From: the human T2T-CHM13v2.0 reference genome, Homo sapiens
NCBI RefSeq assembly: GCF_009914755.1
Contig: NC_060929.1
Strand: one strand, 5' to 3'
DNA length: 64,000 nt
In this document: in pieces, positions 41,855 to 56,830 of the stretch
Numbering within the stretch: the stretch's first letter is position 1
Layout: every line of letters begins with the position of its first letter
Position numbers and translations under genes: made by a program
The notes under the pieces: model-generated
The model's database searches: none
Told to the model about the DNA's origin: nothing
Seen by the model: the letters and a program-made list of their open reading frames with translations, nothing else

Positions 41855-42380
41855 CTAGTTCTCAATCCAGACCATATATTAGAGTCTCCTGGAGATCTTT
41901 TAAAGGCATATTTATCTTCTATGCCAATTCAGTCACAATCTCTGCCATTGTGACCCCAGCATCAGGATTTTTTTTTTATTATTATCATACTTTAAGTTCT
42001 GGGATACATGTGCAGAATGTGCAGGTTTGTTACATAGGTATACATGTGCTATGGTGGTTTGCTGCACCCATCAACCCATCATCTAGGTTTTAAGCCCTCA
42101 TGCTTATGGTATTTGTCCTAATGCTCTCCCTCCCCCTTGGCCCCCAGCTCCCGACAGGCCCCAGTGTGTGATGTTCCCCTCCCTGTGTCCGTGTGTTCTC
42201 ATCATTCAACTCCCACTTGTGAGTGAGAACATGCAGTATTTGATTGTCTGTTCCTGTGTTCATTTGCTGAGAATGATAGTTTCTAGCTTCATCCATGTCC
42301 CTGCAAAGGACACAGCATCAGGATTTTTAAAAAATCTCTCCAAGTGGATTGCAATGTGAGGTCACATTGAAAAATGAGAA
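41855..42380. mobile_element. MER5-type element split by an L1PA insertion
   Basis: tagttctcaatcc...attagagtctcctggaga on the left, ttttaaaaaatctctccaagtggatt on the right. Confidence 0.55.
41973..42312 (-). mobile_element. 5'-truncated L1PA (PA7/8-like)
   Basis: tactttaagttctgggatacatgtgcagaatgtgcagg...catccatgtccctgcaaaggaca. TSD cagcatcaggattttt at 41957 and 42313. Confidence 0.93.
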
Positions 42381-43690
42381 CTTTTCCCAAAGTAATTTTT
42401 TGGTCACATATTATTGGAATTGAACTTTCATGTCGAGTGTTAATAAAACATTCTTGGAAAATACACAAATAGATCTTATATAGCTTCCTAACCTTTCATA
42501 TAGCTGTATTTTCAGAACTATTTTCTTATGCCCTTACCTCTATGGCCAATACATTAAAATTTGGACTGGATCTTAATGTTAATTGTTTACCAGTGTGTTT
42601 TCAGAAATTTTGTGACTCAGATAGACACATGGCATAGAGTCTGTGTATGGATCAGGAATTCAAACTGAAGTGTTTGGGCCAAAAGGATTCATATAACAAG
42701 TCCTGGTCATGTACAAGGACAAGATCTGCAGTGGAACCAGCTGCTTTCTGAGGCAGGGGTTTGTTGTAGACATTGTCTCAAGATGAGAAAGACAGACGTC
42801 AACTCATGGGTTGAATCAAGTAGTGTCCCCTGGAAGAAATAACAAATGCAATGATGAGAAGTTGTTTCTATCAAAGATTTCTCATCAGTGCTGCCTCTGC
42901 AAAGGTTCCTGGGACCCCTTGACTATCTTATTAATGGAAGTAGACAAGGAAGGACTGATAGGGAGAAGGCTTCTGCATGCCTGGGGTAAATATATCTGCA
43001 AACATGCAGTCATCGTCACACGATTCATCGGCAGTGTATGACATCTCCAGCTAATTCAGTCTAGGACACCTTCTCATGAGCATGAACAGCAACTGGAGAG
43101 GTCTTTTGAAAAGAAACCGCAGTGCATATGTGCCCCACTGCTGGCTTCATTTTTCTCTCTGATGACATAACTGCGTAGAAAAGAGGCAAGGCCATAGTTT
43201 CTGAACTTTGAAAGCTTCTGAATTGGCACAGGGGAATGGTCATGTTTGTGGTTTTTCAAATATTATGTTTTTTAAAAAACATGGATATGAAGTCCACAGT
43301 ATGTTGAAGATAGCATACAAGGTTCTGTTATGTTTCTCTGGAGAACAACAACAACAACAACAAAAGATTCTATTCAACCAACAAGGGATTTGTTTATTTG
43401 TTTGCTTGCAATTGAAGGGTTTTTCCACGGCAATCACTGTGAAAGACGTCAAAATGAATTATATCCTATTCTCTCCGATTTCAGTTTTTTTCAGGGGAAA
43501 TAAGACACGTAGTGCCCTGGTCACCAGGCCATTATTGGGGAATCAACCTTTGTCCCTAGGATTGCCTTTTTGGCCTATCTCTCAGTCCTTGCCTTTCCTC
43601 TCTGCCTTCCTTGTTGCCAGGACTTTCATGTCACCCTCTGATTTTTAAAGCCCCCATTCCCCGAGACCAACTGTTCAGAAAGTAGATGGG

Positions 43691-43993
43691 GGCCGGGCGC
43701 GGTGGCTCACGCCTGTAATCCAAGCACTTTGGGAGGCCAAGACGGGTGGATCACAAGGTCAGGAGATCGAGACCATCCTGGCTAACACGGTGAAACCCCA
43801 TCTCTACTAAAAATACAAAAAAATTAGCCGGGCATAGTGGCGGGTGCCTGTGGTCCCAGCTACTTGGGAGGCTGAGGCAGGAGAATGGTGTGAACCCGGG
43901 AGGCAGAGCTTGCATTGAGCCGATTGCACCACTGCACTCCAGCCTGGGCTGAGCGAGACTCTGCTTCAAAAAAAAAAAAAAAAAAAAAAAAAA
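43691..43993 (+). mobile_element. AluY
   Basis: gagatcgagaccatcctggctaacacgg and gagaatggtgtgaacccgggaggcagagcttgca, long pure poly-A. TSD agaaagtagatggg. Confidence 0.96.
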
Positions 43994-45793
43994 AGAAAGT
44001 AGATGGGGTATAATAAGCCCAAGTACCTTTCTTCATTCTGACCCACCAGACCACAAGCTGTTATTCAAATGCATGGTGCTCCCTGATACTTCCATTCTTC
44101 CATCAGAACAAAGGGCTCCTTTCCTTACTGCCGGTCTCTATAGTCCTCCTTGTCCCCTAAAGCTCACCTCAGACACATCTCCTTGATAATGAGAGTAAAG
44201 TCCTGGCGGAGGCCAGCCACGAGGCAGGTATTTATTAAATGTTAGTTATCTTTCCTTCTTTCTGATCTCCTGGCCAGGATCAATTGCCTCTTCAGGGCTC
44301 CCTCAGCACTGTCCCTTATATATCTTACAAGCACTTATTATATTCTACCTTGTATTACCAATGTTTACTTTTTCCTTTATTGTACTTTGCTGTAAAGTTC
44401 TTGATAGTTGAATATGAAATAAATTTATCCTCATATTTCCCAAGGATATTTCAAAGAACCTTATACTTAGGCACTTAATTAATATTCAGTTGACAAATGA
44501 ATGAATGAATGAGGAAAATGCCCAAGCCCAATCTTATCCTACATAAATACCCCTCCTACAGGGTTTTCTTCTTATCTAAACAGTCCCTTTTAGCTGACTG
44601 CTTTGATACTTTCCAGAGACTAATCAAATTAAGACAATTCACAGAATGTGTAAGTTGATAATTTATTTGATAAAGTAGATGGGAACATTTGCTCTTTCAA
44701 AGGAGTTTTATATCCTCAAAGTAATCTCCAATTTCTGTAGGATTGATGATGAATATAAACAGAAGGGTCTTTTTGTTCCTTTGCTGAAGCAAAGGAAACT
44801 ACCTCTCACTCCAGGCAAAATCAAGAGCCTCCCTGTAACTAGTCTGTGAGGGAGCCAACATTGTCCTGTGCATTATCAGGCAGTCTACACTTTTTATCAC
44901 CTTTCCAAAGAGCTCTACCAGTACTTGGGGCTTCAGGACAACAAAGAACATCACTCAGGGGAGAGAGAATGGGTGATATGCTGAATAATTTGACTGAGAA
45001 TGAGGCAGCAGCTAACGGAGAGGGTCTTGCACATATATGCACACACACGTAGCCATCCTTATAATATTCTAGAGAACTACATGTGGGAGCTTGAGCTTAA
45101 CATTAAGGACTTTGATTTATGACTTCTCATTAACAGCCACTACACATCGATGTGATTCGGCTCCATCTTGCATAATAATTAACTCATCCATAAAGTGCAT
45201 GTTTGACAGCTAGACTGGAAAGCAGTATTTATTTCATGCTACTGCTGCAGCTGCAGAGAGAATTCACATGATTTTTCTAAAATCAATCTCATGTGTATCT
45301 TTCTGAAATAGGAAACAGTTTCACAAAGTTGTTTTGCAAATCAAATGTGGTGACATATTCTGAAAATGTTTAAAGCTGAAACACCTTGCAAATGTAAAGA
45401 TATTTATTATTTTAATAACTACTGTTGATATTTTATTGATTCATATTTCTAGATAAGAAAATTGTTTGATTGGTTCCTTGAGCTTGATAGCTAAGTTGTC
45501 CATCAGGAGACACATCCCAAAGCTAGCTAGAAGGCTGTGGAAACTAGGACTGAAGCAACAGACTTTTAACATTCTTAATTATTTTGCCAGAAACTTTTAA
45601 GTTCTCTCATTCCTCTCAGGAATTAAAACATACCCTGAATACAGACAGCTTTTACTGATCCAGAACCAACAACAAAATCTTCTGGTTTTTTTTCTAACAT
45701 TATTTCTGACCAAATCTCTTTTTAATACAGTTTTTAAACAACAATAAACATAGATTATGATAATATTTGAAGGATCTTTAATAGATCTTTTAG

Positions 45794-45981
45794 TAAGGTT
45801 GCTAGATATAGCAAATAAAACTATAAACTGTCCAGTTAAATGTTAATTTCAGATGAATGATGAATAAATTTTTGGTATAAGTTTCCCATGCTATATGTGG
45901 GACATATACTAAAAATTATTTATATTTCATCTAAAATTCAGATGTAATACTGAGTGTCCTCTATTTTATTTGGTTATCCTA
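45794..45981. mobile_element. MER53-like hAT MITE
   Basis: aggttgctagatatagcaaataaaa...ccagttaaatgttaatttcagat...ttggttatccta. Confidence 0.75.
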
Positions 45982-47329
45982 CTTTTTAGGATGTACGCAA
46001 CCGGAGAATAGTAGAACATTTGTGAAAGCACTCACATTCTAACATTTCTCCGTTAAACTTCCCTTTCACTTCTTTCTACCATCTGCCTCTTTCCTTTTCT
46101 GCAGGTCACAGATGGTAACCAAAAACATGCTATTATTTAGTCAAAATATTTATTATTTCTGGCAAAAGCAAGTGAGCTTCCAAAGGCTGTGGTGAGAAAC
46201 TCTTACAAAGAAAATTGCACAATATGGATTCATTGCTATCTATACCAGGGCGCCAAACCACCTATATTATTATTATTCTTTCTGTCTCTCTCTCTGGAGA
46301 TATGATTTTATATATATATGTTATATATATGTAATATATTGTAAATATTCAGTCAATATTTATTTTCCATAACAGCAAGGATTACAATTAAGACCTTAAA
46401 ATAAGGGGAAAAATACCTGGGGTTTAAATGATTCTAAACGAGATTTTATATTGCCTTTGCCCAATCCCCTTCCTTATTAAATAAACACTTTGATTCTTTT
46501 AGGCATTTAAATAGTACATTTAGAGTCGTCTTTGGGGAAAAGAAAAAAGAGTCTATGCTGTTGCTGCAGGTGGCCATGAAGAGATCTGCTGTATGAATGG
46601 CAGAATGTAATAATAATAACAAAATGTGTGTCTGGGAGGTGGAGAACCTTTCTGCTATCTTTTTTATTCCCATCCTCAATACTTGTTGTTCATATAGTGG
46701 AAATGAAAGAATTCTTAAAAGGCACATAAGCCATTCCACATTACCCAGAAAGAATTTCAAGGGGGGGGAAATGATCTATCAATCTAGAGAAAATACAGGC
46801 AAAACACAAGAACAAGAGAGATAACTTACCCTTTAAAGCTTAAAACTGTGCGTATTTTCTCATTGTGTTTATCCTTGATATTTTAATTATGTACCTGCCT
46901 TTGTGTCTTTCTTTCCACTAGGCTGAAAATTCTCATGAGGTCATAAGAACCTTGGCTCATTTTTGTTTGTTGCTATTGTCTAGCATATTCCCTGATTCAT
47001 TGTGCATGCAGTAATTATCTCAAAAAGTCTGAGAACCATTGCTGTAAAATAGAATATAATTGAATTGGGAGATAAAACTACTCAACTCTTTAATCTGGGG
47101 AAGAATCATACCTCTAATTTCATTGGCTTGCTTGTAGCTCCAACCTTATATTTCTTGAAGTCCCATGGGTGTGTGTGTGTGTGTGCATGCATGTATGTAC
47201 ATGCGTATCTCCCTTCCAGAAATGAAATATATACATATGAAATAATATGTCCTAGATATTCCTTTAGGAAGAATTTAGAACAAAGTATAGGAAATCATTA
47301 TGAGGTAGAGATGTCTAACTGTCCATCAA

Positions 47330-47700
47330 GTTTATGCTCCTTCTTCTATAACATAGTTACTGGGAAGTGGTTGCAGTCAGTGGCTACATTTCTCAGCTTC
47401 TCTTGCACATAGGTAGGCCATGGGATTAGTTCTCACCAACAATGCCAGCCAAAGTAAGTATGCCATTATTTCCAGACCATGGCAGTTAAGAAGTGAATTT
47501 GCTTTCTCCATCCCTGTTTTCCTCTTTAATGAGCTTGGTGCAGAATGAGGCCATATAGTAAAGACAGTAGAGCCAGAAAATTGAAAAAAACCTTGAGTTC
47601 TAGAATCACCCCTGAAAAGAGAGCCTCCCCCAATGCCATCAAACATAAACATTAATTTGGGACACTATGTACACAAGGAGTAAACTTCTATCATGCCCTT
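47330..47700 (+). mobile_element. Old MLT1 (J/K-like) LTR fragment
   Basis: ctacatttctcagcttctcttgca...ggccatgggattagttct...taaacttctatcat. Confidence 0.6.
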
Positions 47701-49282
47701 ACTCCTAATATATTTTATGAGTAGAATTGTACTTTGCACCTATTCCCTTTTCTTCTATTGTCTAATCTCCAGAAGCAGTAGTTTAGACTATGTATTCTTA
47801 TAGTCTGCCCTTCACCATCTTTCTTTCATAGTGTTTAGAAAAGTCCTAATATTAAGAAATTGTGATTTTTAAAAAAATTTCAATGTGGTTGGTTCTGTGT
47901 GAATTTTATTTTCACTTAACATTTATCTAATATCCATTATGTGGAGCACACATTCTGCTAGGCCTTGGGAATGAAAATTGATTAGCTGATGAATTCACAA
48001 AAGAAAAAGACATATAAAGGATAAATTACAAGAGAATGCAATAAAAATGTTAACAATATGAATATGTCTGTAGGAGCAAGGAGAGAATATTGTTGTCTTT
48101 ACTTGAAGCAGAAGATAAAGCCTTCACAGGGAAGGTGACATTGAGTTAGGTCTTACAGGATAAATATGGGGTTTGTCAAAGGATATGAATAACTGTTTAC
48201 AATTTTTAAATATTTGTACAAAGAAGATAGAATATTACTTTTAATATAAATGTAATGGTTTGTCATATTAAAATTTGTCATATTCATCAAAATAACTTTC
48301 CATTGTTTCAGCCTTTTGCTGAATAAAGTTTTCAGTTATTAACTTTGTTATTAATTTTTTTGTTTCAATAACCATGCTTTAGCCTTGCAGCTATTTTAGT
48401 AAAACAAACAACAACAACAAAACATGATCTAAATCACATCCTAATTTTTATTAAGTTTGAGAATGTTTTTGAAAAATCATTCTTTAGTCTATCCAGAATT
48501 TATGGTTGTATGTGATTACAAATAAACCAGTATTTATTTAGAGCATGAGATGTCATTCATTATTAATTTATGTGTTAGCCATTTCTTTTTTATCTATTAT
48601 TCTATTTCATACTGTATTATAATTTATTAAATGTATAGTATATTTGTTTTCATCATTCTAGTCTTCTATTTTTAACCTGTATCAAACAATTTTGAAACTA
48701 GTGTTTTATAATATATTTTGCTATATTACAGGGCAATCTCCTTAGTCTTAGTCTTCCCTCTGACTCTTCTCAACTAATACAGTGTTCACTTTGGCAAGGG
48801 ACCAATTCTCAACAGCCAGAAGTTTAAAAACAAATAAAATAAACAAGAAGGATTTGAGAGGTTTTAAAAATAAGACAATAGTAAGATATATGGTTGGTAC
48901 TTCTTATTTGCTATTGTGAGTGCTTCAAGGGCAGCTATCTCATTTTTCTTCTTAATTCTCTTTAAGATTTTGGAAAATAAATGCATGATATATGTGTTGA
49001 ATTGAATCATTGCCTGGCCTTGGCCCATTTCTTTGAGTGGCAGTAACTCTGCTTAAGAATCAGCTGAGGAAGAGTTGCATTCAGCCACTGTTTAAAATAG
49101 ATATAGAAACTCTAAGAAATAGTCATTAGAAAACATTGAAACTCTTAGATTGATAAGGTTTTGAAATAGAAGAAAAGAAATTAGGTCTCTGACTCTCTTG
49201 AAAACTATTGAGTATAAGATTTCACTCTAGATTCTTTCTATATATGTAGAAATGATTCCCCTAGTCAATAGAGTTGTATTAA

Positions 49283-49810
<528 letters not shown>

Positions 49811-52800
49811 TGAATCATAGTTATCGCAGTTGAGACAGAAATCCAAAGGTAGAATTGAGAAGTATTGTTTTTGTTCACTGCCATGTCTCCAGTACCAGAG
49901 CAGTGCTTGATGACACATAGTAGGCACTTAGTAAACATTTGTCAAGTGATCGAAGTTGAGTCAAGCATGAGTCACAGCCAGCAGAGCAGCTCACTGAGGA
50001 GCAATCATGGGTCTAAGTCAGGGAGGCTGAGAGGAAGTCAGAAAGCAGATTATAGATAGATTAGGGTCAAAGGCTTGGACGGAAGCCATGAACATGATAT
50101 GTGAAGGAGAGGGAGATAGACTCCTTGGCTTTATAAAGACTGGCAGGATAACATCTGCACATTGGATACAAAGAATATTTGTGATTTCTATTGTCATATG
50201 GCTAAAGTCCATTTTTTGAAAGTACATTGACATCATAAAATAACTGTTTAGTGGTAACGACTTCTAGTCATGTTAGTCATATTACTTGAATGAAGAGTAT
50301 ATTTTGACTGAGCTGACTTTTTATTTGATAAAATATTTCACTGTTTTTCAGAATGCTGAATTAAATCTGCTGTTTCAGTAGTTTTAAATAAAGTTGTGAA
50401 TTAATGACTTAAATGTAGGTCAGAGAATTGTTGATTTTCCTTCATTTGAAGCCTCTCAAACACTGCCTTTAAAGCTATACATAAAAAAGCAAGGGCAGAG
50501 TTCAGCCCAATACAGAATGCAAGTGGATACAGAAATCAACTTTTCAGACTCAGTAGGATTTTTTTCTGACTTGGGGAGATAAATGAATATAGAATTCCAG
50601 ACTTGCCTAAACTGTTAACAAAATTATTACAGAGATGCAAAAAAAAATTATTCTTTAACTTATACTATGGCACATAAGCTAAATTCAAGATAACTACATA
50701 CTGAAATCACTTCTTGAAACTATTTAGTAATTTTCAATTTCCTGAACTCTGTAACTATTTGGCAACAAATCTGTTGACTAAGCAGTATCCCCTACCAGAA
50801 GAAATATTGGCCCTAATTCACAAAATACTACTTCTATAATTTAATGATAGAACTGCAATTCAGTGCTTGGAAAAGACCAAGCTATCAGCCCCTAATTATA
50901 TATAAGGGATTTAGGAATACAGCCAACCATGAAAACTCCCAGCAAGACTGTGTCCCAAAGGAACATCCTTGAAAACAAATTCTAGGATTGCTTTGGGCAG
51001 AATAGATTAAGAACTACAGTACGGAAAGCTTATTGAGTCAATGACAGAAAAAAAAAAAAATCTGCAAAGAGAAAGACATATTCCGTGTTAAACATTTGAA
51101 TAAGTTCATCTTGAACTCTTTAGGGTTCAAGGTTTTGTGGTGTATTATCAGTGATTTGAGTCAATGGAAATTCTTAATAGTTGGCCTTTTTGCTTGATTA
51201 AAAATGACAATCTGATTGCTGATGGACTTTCTCCAGCTATTAAGTGAAGTACCAAATAAATAGATATTGCAACTTTGGGGGAATTATAGAGATCTGAATT
51301 TCCTTTACTTTGCTCAATTTTATTACTTTTCATCTACTACCTAAAATGCAGATTTTTTCATCAGTTTAAAATAGAGTATGCTATTTGAATAATGTAATCA
51401 TATGCTAGCTTGCCTAAAGGATTAAATTATGGAAATTCACTCCCAATCTCAAAATAGTTATTGATGATCTAACTACTTGTAATGAATTAGGCTTATGACT
51501 GCTTTATGACAGTTGGAATGAGAGCCATTCTTTCAGGATCCCAGGCAGGGTCAATTTTAGCAGAGACCTTAAAGAATGAAAAGGAATTATTAAAAAAAAA
51601 AATCTACATTGCTATCAGAAAAATGGTTAATAGGATGTTTTGAGCCTGTTTAAACTTCCTCCAAGATTCATAAATATTCATTGAATCAATTAGTTATTTG
51701 AAGCTTAATGTTTTGCTGCTGAATGAAAATAATTATCTGCTAAGGTGGGTGTCCTGTCTGGAGCCTGCATTTATTTTTAAATGTGTCGAGGAAATTAATG
51801 GGGATTATCAGCTTGATCTTTCTCTATGTAGAGGCATTATTTAGCTGAATTAACTTTCTCTGACCCCCCAAAACCAAGAGATCTCAATGAGATATATGCT
51901 GTTTCCTTATTCCCAAATCATAGATCTTAAGAAGCAGTTATTTCTTAAAAGTAAATTTTAAGAAATGCCAAGTAAATCCCCCTCATTTATAAATACATAA
52001 GTAACCCCTCAGTTATCCAGAATCTGGACTTCTAAAACTTCCAGTTTCCCTGAACTTGATCGAGAAGTAATCCTGCACCATAATCTACCTCCCTCAATTA
52101 TAGTAGTCTTTCGAGTCAAAAAGAAACTCCGGAGCATCGGGAAAGGTCAGCGTTAAGGAGGAGGAGAGGCCAACTGGAAAGAAATGCTTGCAGTTAGTTG
52201 CACAGCTGTCTTCACAGGAAGAGGAGGGAAAGGAGAGCCCCCACCTACCAGCCCTGTCCATGAAAGATACAAAGGCAAGTAGCATGGGAGAAGTTACAAG
52301 AGACAAGAACAGAACCAAGGGAATGGCAGACAAGCAGCAGTTCTATAGGCTGGTGGTGTCTGGGATGAAATGGCTGTCTCAGGGCAGACGGGACAGTTGT
52401 ATACAAGGAGACCTGGAGGCAAGAACCATTTAGGCTGCAGTGGGACCCTTGCCTTCTAATGTCTCCAAACAGTAGCCCTTTAAATATTGCAACTTGTAAA
52501 GGTTTAATTTTCTGTGTTGAGGGGAAGGGAAGAATAATTGCTTGCCAACATTAGTGGGCCAAGACGTGTCAGATGCTGCTTTCAGCTTGGGGTCGGGGGG
52601 TTGGAAGTCGGAGACAGCAATAGGTGGAAGTGGGAGATTCTTCTATTTGAGAGGGGAGAGAAGTGTACATACATTTTAGAAAGCTTTCCATCACAAAAGG
52701 GTTAAATTTTGGCACTTACAGGGTTAGCCCTCATTTCTGTTATGTGAAGTGAACTGTATAATTCACTGTCTCTCTCCCTGGTTGAGACTTGTGCTTTACA

Positions 52801-54888
52801 ACACAATTATTATACTGCCTATGTCATTAACAAAGGTCTTGTGGAAACTGTCACTAAATAATGTATGTAACCAAAACAATATAATGATTGTGGTCTGGAT
52901 ATCATTGTCGGAAGGGCACGCTCCTTACTTTGGGGGCTGAGTCTTGTTTTTGTTTCTAGTTCAGCCTTTCCTAACCCAGGTAGCTTGCATATATTAGGCA
53001 TTAGGTAAATGCTTGCCAAAATGAAAAGAGGTCAAGGTCAGCGTCATACTCAGCGTGAATATGGATACAGCCCAGGGCCAGTTTAGTAAGGAGGACAGGA
53101 AGAGAGGTAACTTTTGCCTTTGGGAGGCAACATCCACTCCCCAACACACTGAAAGTGCGAATTACCCAGTTACCCAGTTACCGCAGACCAAGTATAGACA
53201 GGACAAAAACTCATACAACTATACCAGCCACAAAGAACCACAGCACCAAAGAGGAACCACAAACAAATGTTTATATCATGCGCAATCTCTTCATACTTTA
53301 TGCTTTCTTGAAATAAAGAAAACTGAGGCACAAAAAAGAGTAACAAATTGTATTTGCACACAGCATCCTATCTACCATTTATTAACTGCAAACGCCCTTG
53401 TGACCACCTCCACGGCTTCAGCATCGTCCAGAGAGCTACATCTAAATCTCCTTATTCTCCTTTTTTTTTTTCTTCTGCACAAATCAATAAAGCCTTTTCT
53501 GTCAGCCCCAGGTAAATTCCAATTCCAAGCAACTTGGGCAAGGAAACAAACAAGTGAAAAAAAAAATCACATTGGCTTTAAGATGCTAAATTTAAGACAT
53601 GCAGTTGGAGCTGACAGCTGACAGGTTATCAACCAGAAATCATTCTCTGATCACTTATTCAACAACTCCAAAAGAATTGCAGCCACATGAGGCTTGTAAC
53701 GAAGAGGGCTGTATTTCCAAGGAGGATAACAGAAGGGCACATGTGGAATGTGGATAATTTCCAGAAGATACTGAGAGACAGTGCTGGTTTCTGACTTCTT
53801 ATTCTAGGGCAATGCCTTTTGATGTCCTGATTCAATGCCGTTGTAAGCCTGAACTAATCTGATGTAATAAAAGCTTAATTGTCTACTTGCAATTATCATT
53901 TCCCTTTAATCTGGTGATCTGTTTTTATTTGACATAGATTGCTGTTCTTTAGAGTGGGATACACTTTGTGTAATGTGTATTGTGAAATGGTGTTCATATT
54001 TTGGGTACCATTATAAACTGTAAGTCACGCCTGATAATCTCATGTCTGAATACTGAAGTGAGTGTACCTCCATAGGCTACTGCAAGAGAGTACTAGGGGC
54101 TAGACAAGACTACACATCAGGACTCGGGGCAGGCAGGACCAGGCAAGGGTGGCTGATGGCATCTGCAAGACTGCAGCACTGGAGGAGGGGAATGGCTGCT
54201 GCCAGGGCTTGTACTGCGGAAAGAAACCTGTTTCTCCTTAATGATGGTGTTGTCCAGGCAGGGGCAGGTCAGAGTCTCTCTCATTCTAAAAATGCCCACT
54301 GGGCAGCATTTTGGATCCCAAAGAACTGGTAAGTGTGGGGACTGCTGAGTACTAGGCAATAGTTTGCAAACTTTTACATTATCACTGACTTTATTCTACT
54401 CTCACCTTTGAATTTAAACCAATTTTTAAGTATGCAAAAGAAGACAGTTTAAAAAAATTTCCATGCAAATTAACATCACATTCTTAAACAGATGAAATAT
54501 TAAAACTCATACAAGTATTTTTAATGAAATAATTTTTATTTGCTGTGATTATACATATTGACATTTGCACACTTTTTAAAACTTTTTATTTGGAAAAAAT
54601 TTAAATTTTATAGATAAGTTGCAAATATAAAAAGAGTGTAAAGAATACCCATACACCCTTTTCCCAGAAAGACTTATTGTTAGCATTTCACACAATTGGC
54701 TTTTTGGTTTATTTCTTTCCCCACCCACCTCACCCCATGGTTCTCTCTCTCCATACATGTTACATACACATAATTATATACTTAATTTTTTTCTTAATAA
54801 ATTGAAGGTGTCACATACATGATGGCCCTTTACGCCAAACATCAGTGCATATTTCCTAAGAATGTAGATATTCTCTTACTTAGCCCCA

Positions 54889-54990
54889 GTAGTTATATAT
54901 ATATATATATAACATATATATGTTATATATATATATAACATATATATATAACTACTATATAACATATATATATATATATATATATATGTA
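54889..54990. repeat. Interrupted (TA)n tract with nested palindromes
   Basis: gtagttata...taacatatatatgtta...tataactac. Confidence 0.9.
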
Positions 54991-54991
54991 T

Positions 54992-55767
54992 GTTAATTTT
55001 ACTTTAAGTTCTGGGGTACATGTGCAGAACGTGCAGGTTTGTTGCATAGCTATACGTGTGCCATGATGGTTTGCTCCACCTATTAACCCATCAACTAAGT
55101 TCCCTCCCCTGGCCCCCCACCCCCCAACAGGCACTGGTGTGTTGTTCCCCTCCCTGTGTCCATGTGTTCTCATTGTTCAACTCCCACTTATGAGTGAGAA
55201 CATCATATTTTGGGTACCATTATAAACTGTAAGTCACGCCTGATAATCTCATGTCTGAATACCCAAATATGTGATGTTTGGTTTTCTGTTCCTGTGTTAG
55301 TTTGCTGAGGATGATGGCTTCCAGCTTCTCCATGTTCCTGGAAAGGACATGATCTCATTCCTTTTTATGGCTGCACAGTATTCCATGGTGTATATTTGCA
55401 ACATTTTCTTTATCCAGTTTATCATTGATGGGCATTTGGGTTGGCTCCATGTCTTTGCTATTGTAAATAGTCCTGCAATAAACATATGTGTGCATGTGTC
55501 TTTATAGTAGAGTGATTTGTAATCCTTTGGGTATATACCCAGTAATGGGATTGCTGGGTCAGATGGTATTTCTGATTCTAGATCCTTGAGGAATCACCAC
55601 ACTGTCTTCAGCAATGGTTGAACTAATTTACACTCCCACCAACAGTGTAAAAGTGTTCCTGTTTCTCCACCACCTCACCAGCATCTATTGTTTCTTGACT
55701 TTTTAATAATCGCCATTCTGACTGGCATGAAATGGTATCTCATTGTGGTTTTGATTTGCATTTCTCC
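54992..55767 (-). mobile_element. 5'-truncated L1PA (about PA8-10) carrying a foreign insert
   Basis: tactttaagttctggggtacatgtgcagaacgtgcagg through cattgtggttttgatttgcatttctc. Covers the 3'UTR and the ORF2 C-terminus (ORF-track peptide FTIAKTWSQPKCPS). Confidence 0.93.
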
Positions 55768-56388
55768 AACTTCAATATATTTAACATTGATAGAATACTT
55801 TTTTCTTATCTACCTTTCATACATCAGTATTGTCATTTGATCCCGTAATGTTCTTTATAGCATTTTCCTCTGTGGTACAGGATCCAGTCTGTCATCAGGT
55901 ATAGCATTTAAGTGCCATGTCTCTTTACCCACTTTCAATAGGGAATACTTCTACAACCTTTCTTTTTATTTTCTGACATTGACTTTTTTTTCTGACATTG
56001 ACATTTTGGAAGAATGGATTACTGCCACACCCGCCCCCAACTTTTTTTTAATGAAACATTTCCCGTTTGGGGTTTTTTAGATAGCCTTTCGTGATCACTT
56101 TCAAGTTATGCATTCTTCTTTGGAATGTTGCATAGGAGATGTTGTGTCCTTCTCAGGCTATCACATCTGAAAGCACATCACGTCCATCTGTCCTTCATTG
56201 GTGATGTTAACTTTAATCAGCCATACAAGTGTTTTCTGATTTCCCTACTAGGTAATTATTGTATAATTTTTTTCCCCTGCAACTAATAAATAGTCTGAAA
56301 GAGACAGTTTAAAACATGCTAGTATCTAGTTTCTCATCAAGATTTCCCTCTAGATTTAGCATCCATTGATGAATCTTGCCTGATCTGA

Positions 56389-56830
<442 letters not shown>

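Noticed and set aside
53055-53621. Longest ORF in the track (188 aa)
   Set aside because: GTG start, no recognisable domain, and it runs through a MIR-like core (gaaaactgaggcaca) and a poly-T run, so it is most likely a chance frame
55297-55485. ORF resembling the L1 ORF2p C-terminus
   Set aside because: Fragment of a truncated, frameshifted L1PA, not a gene
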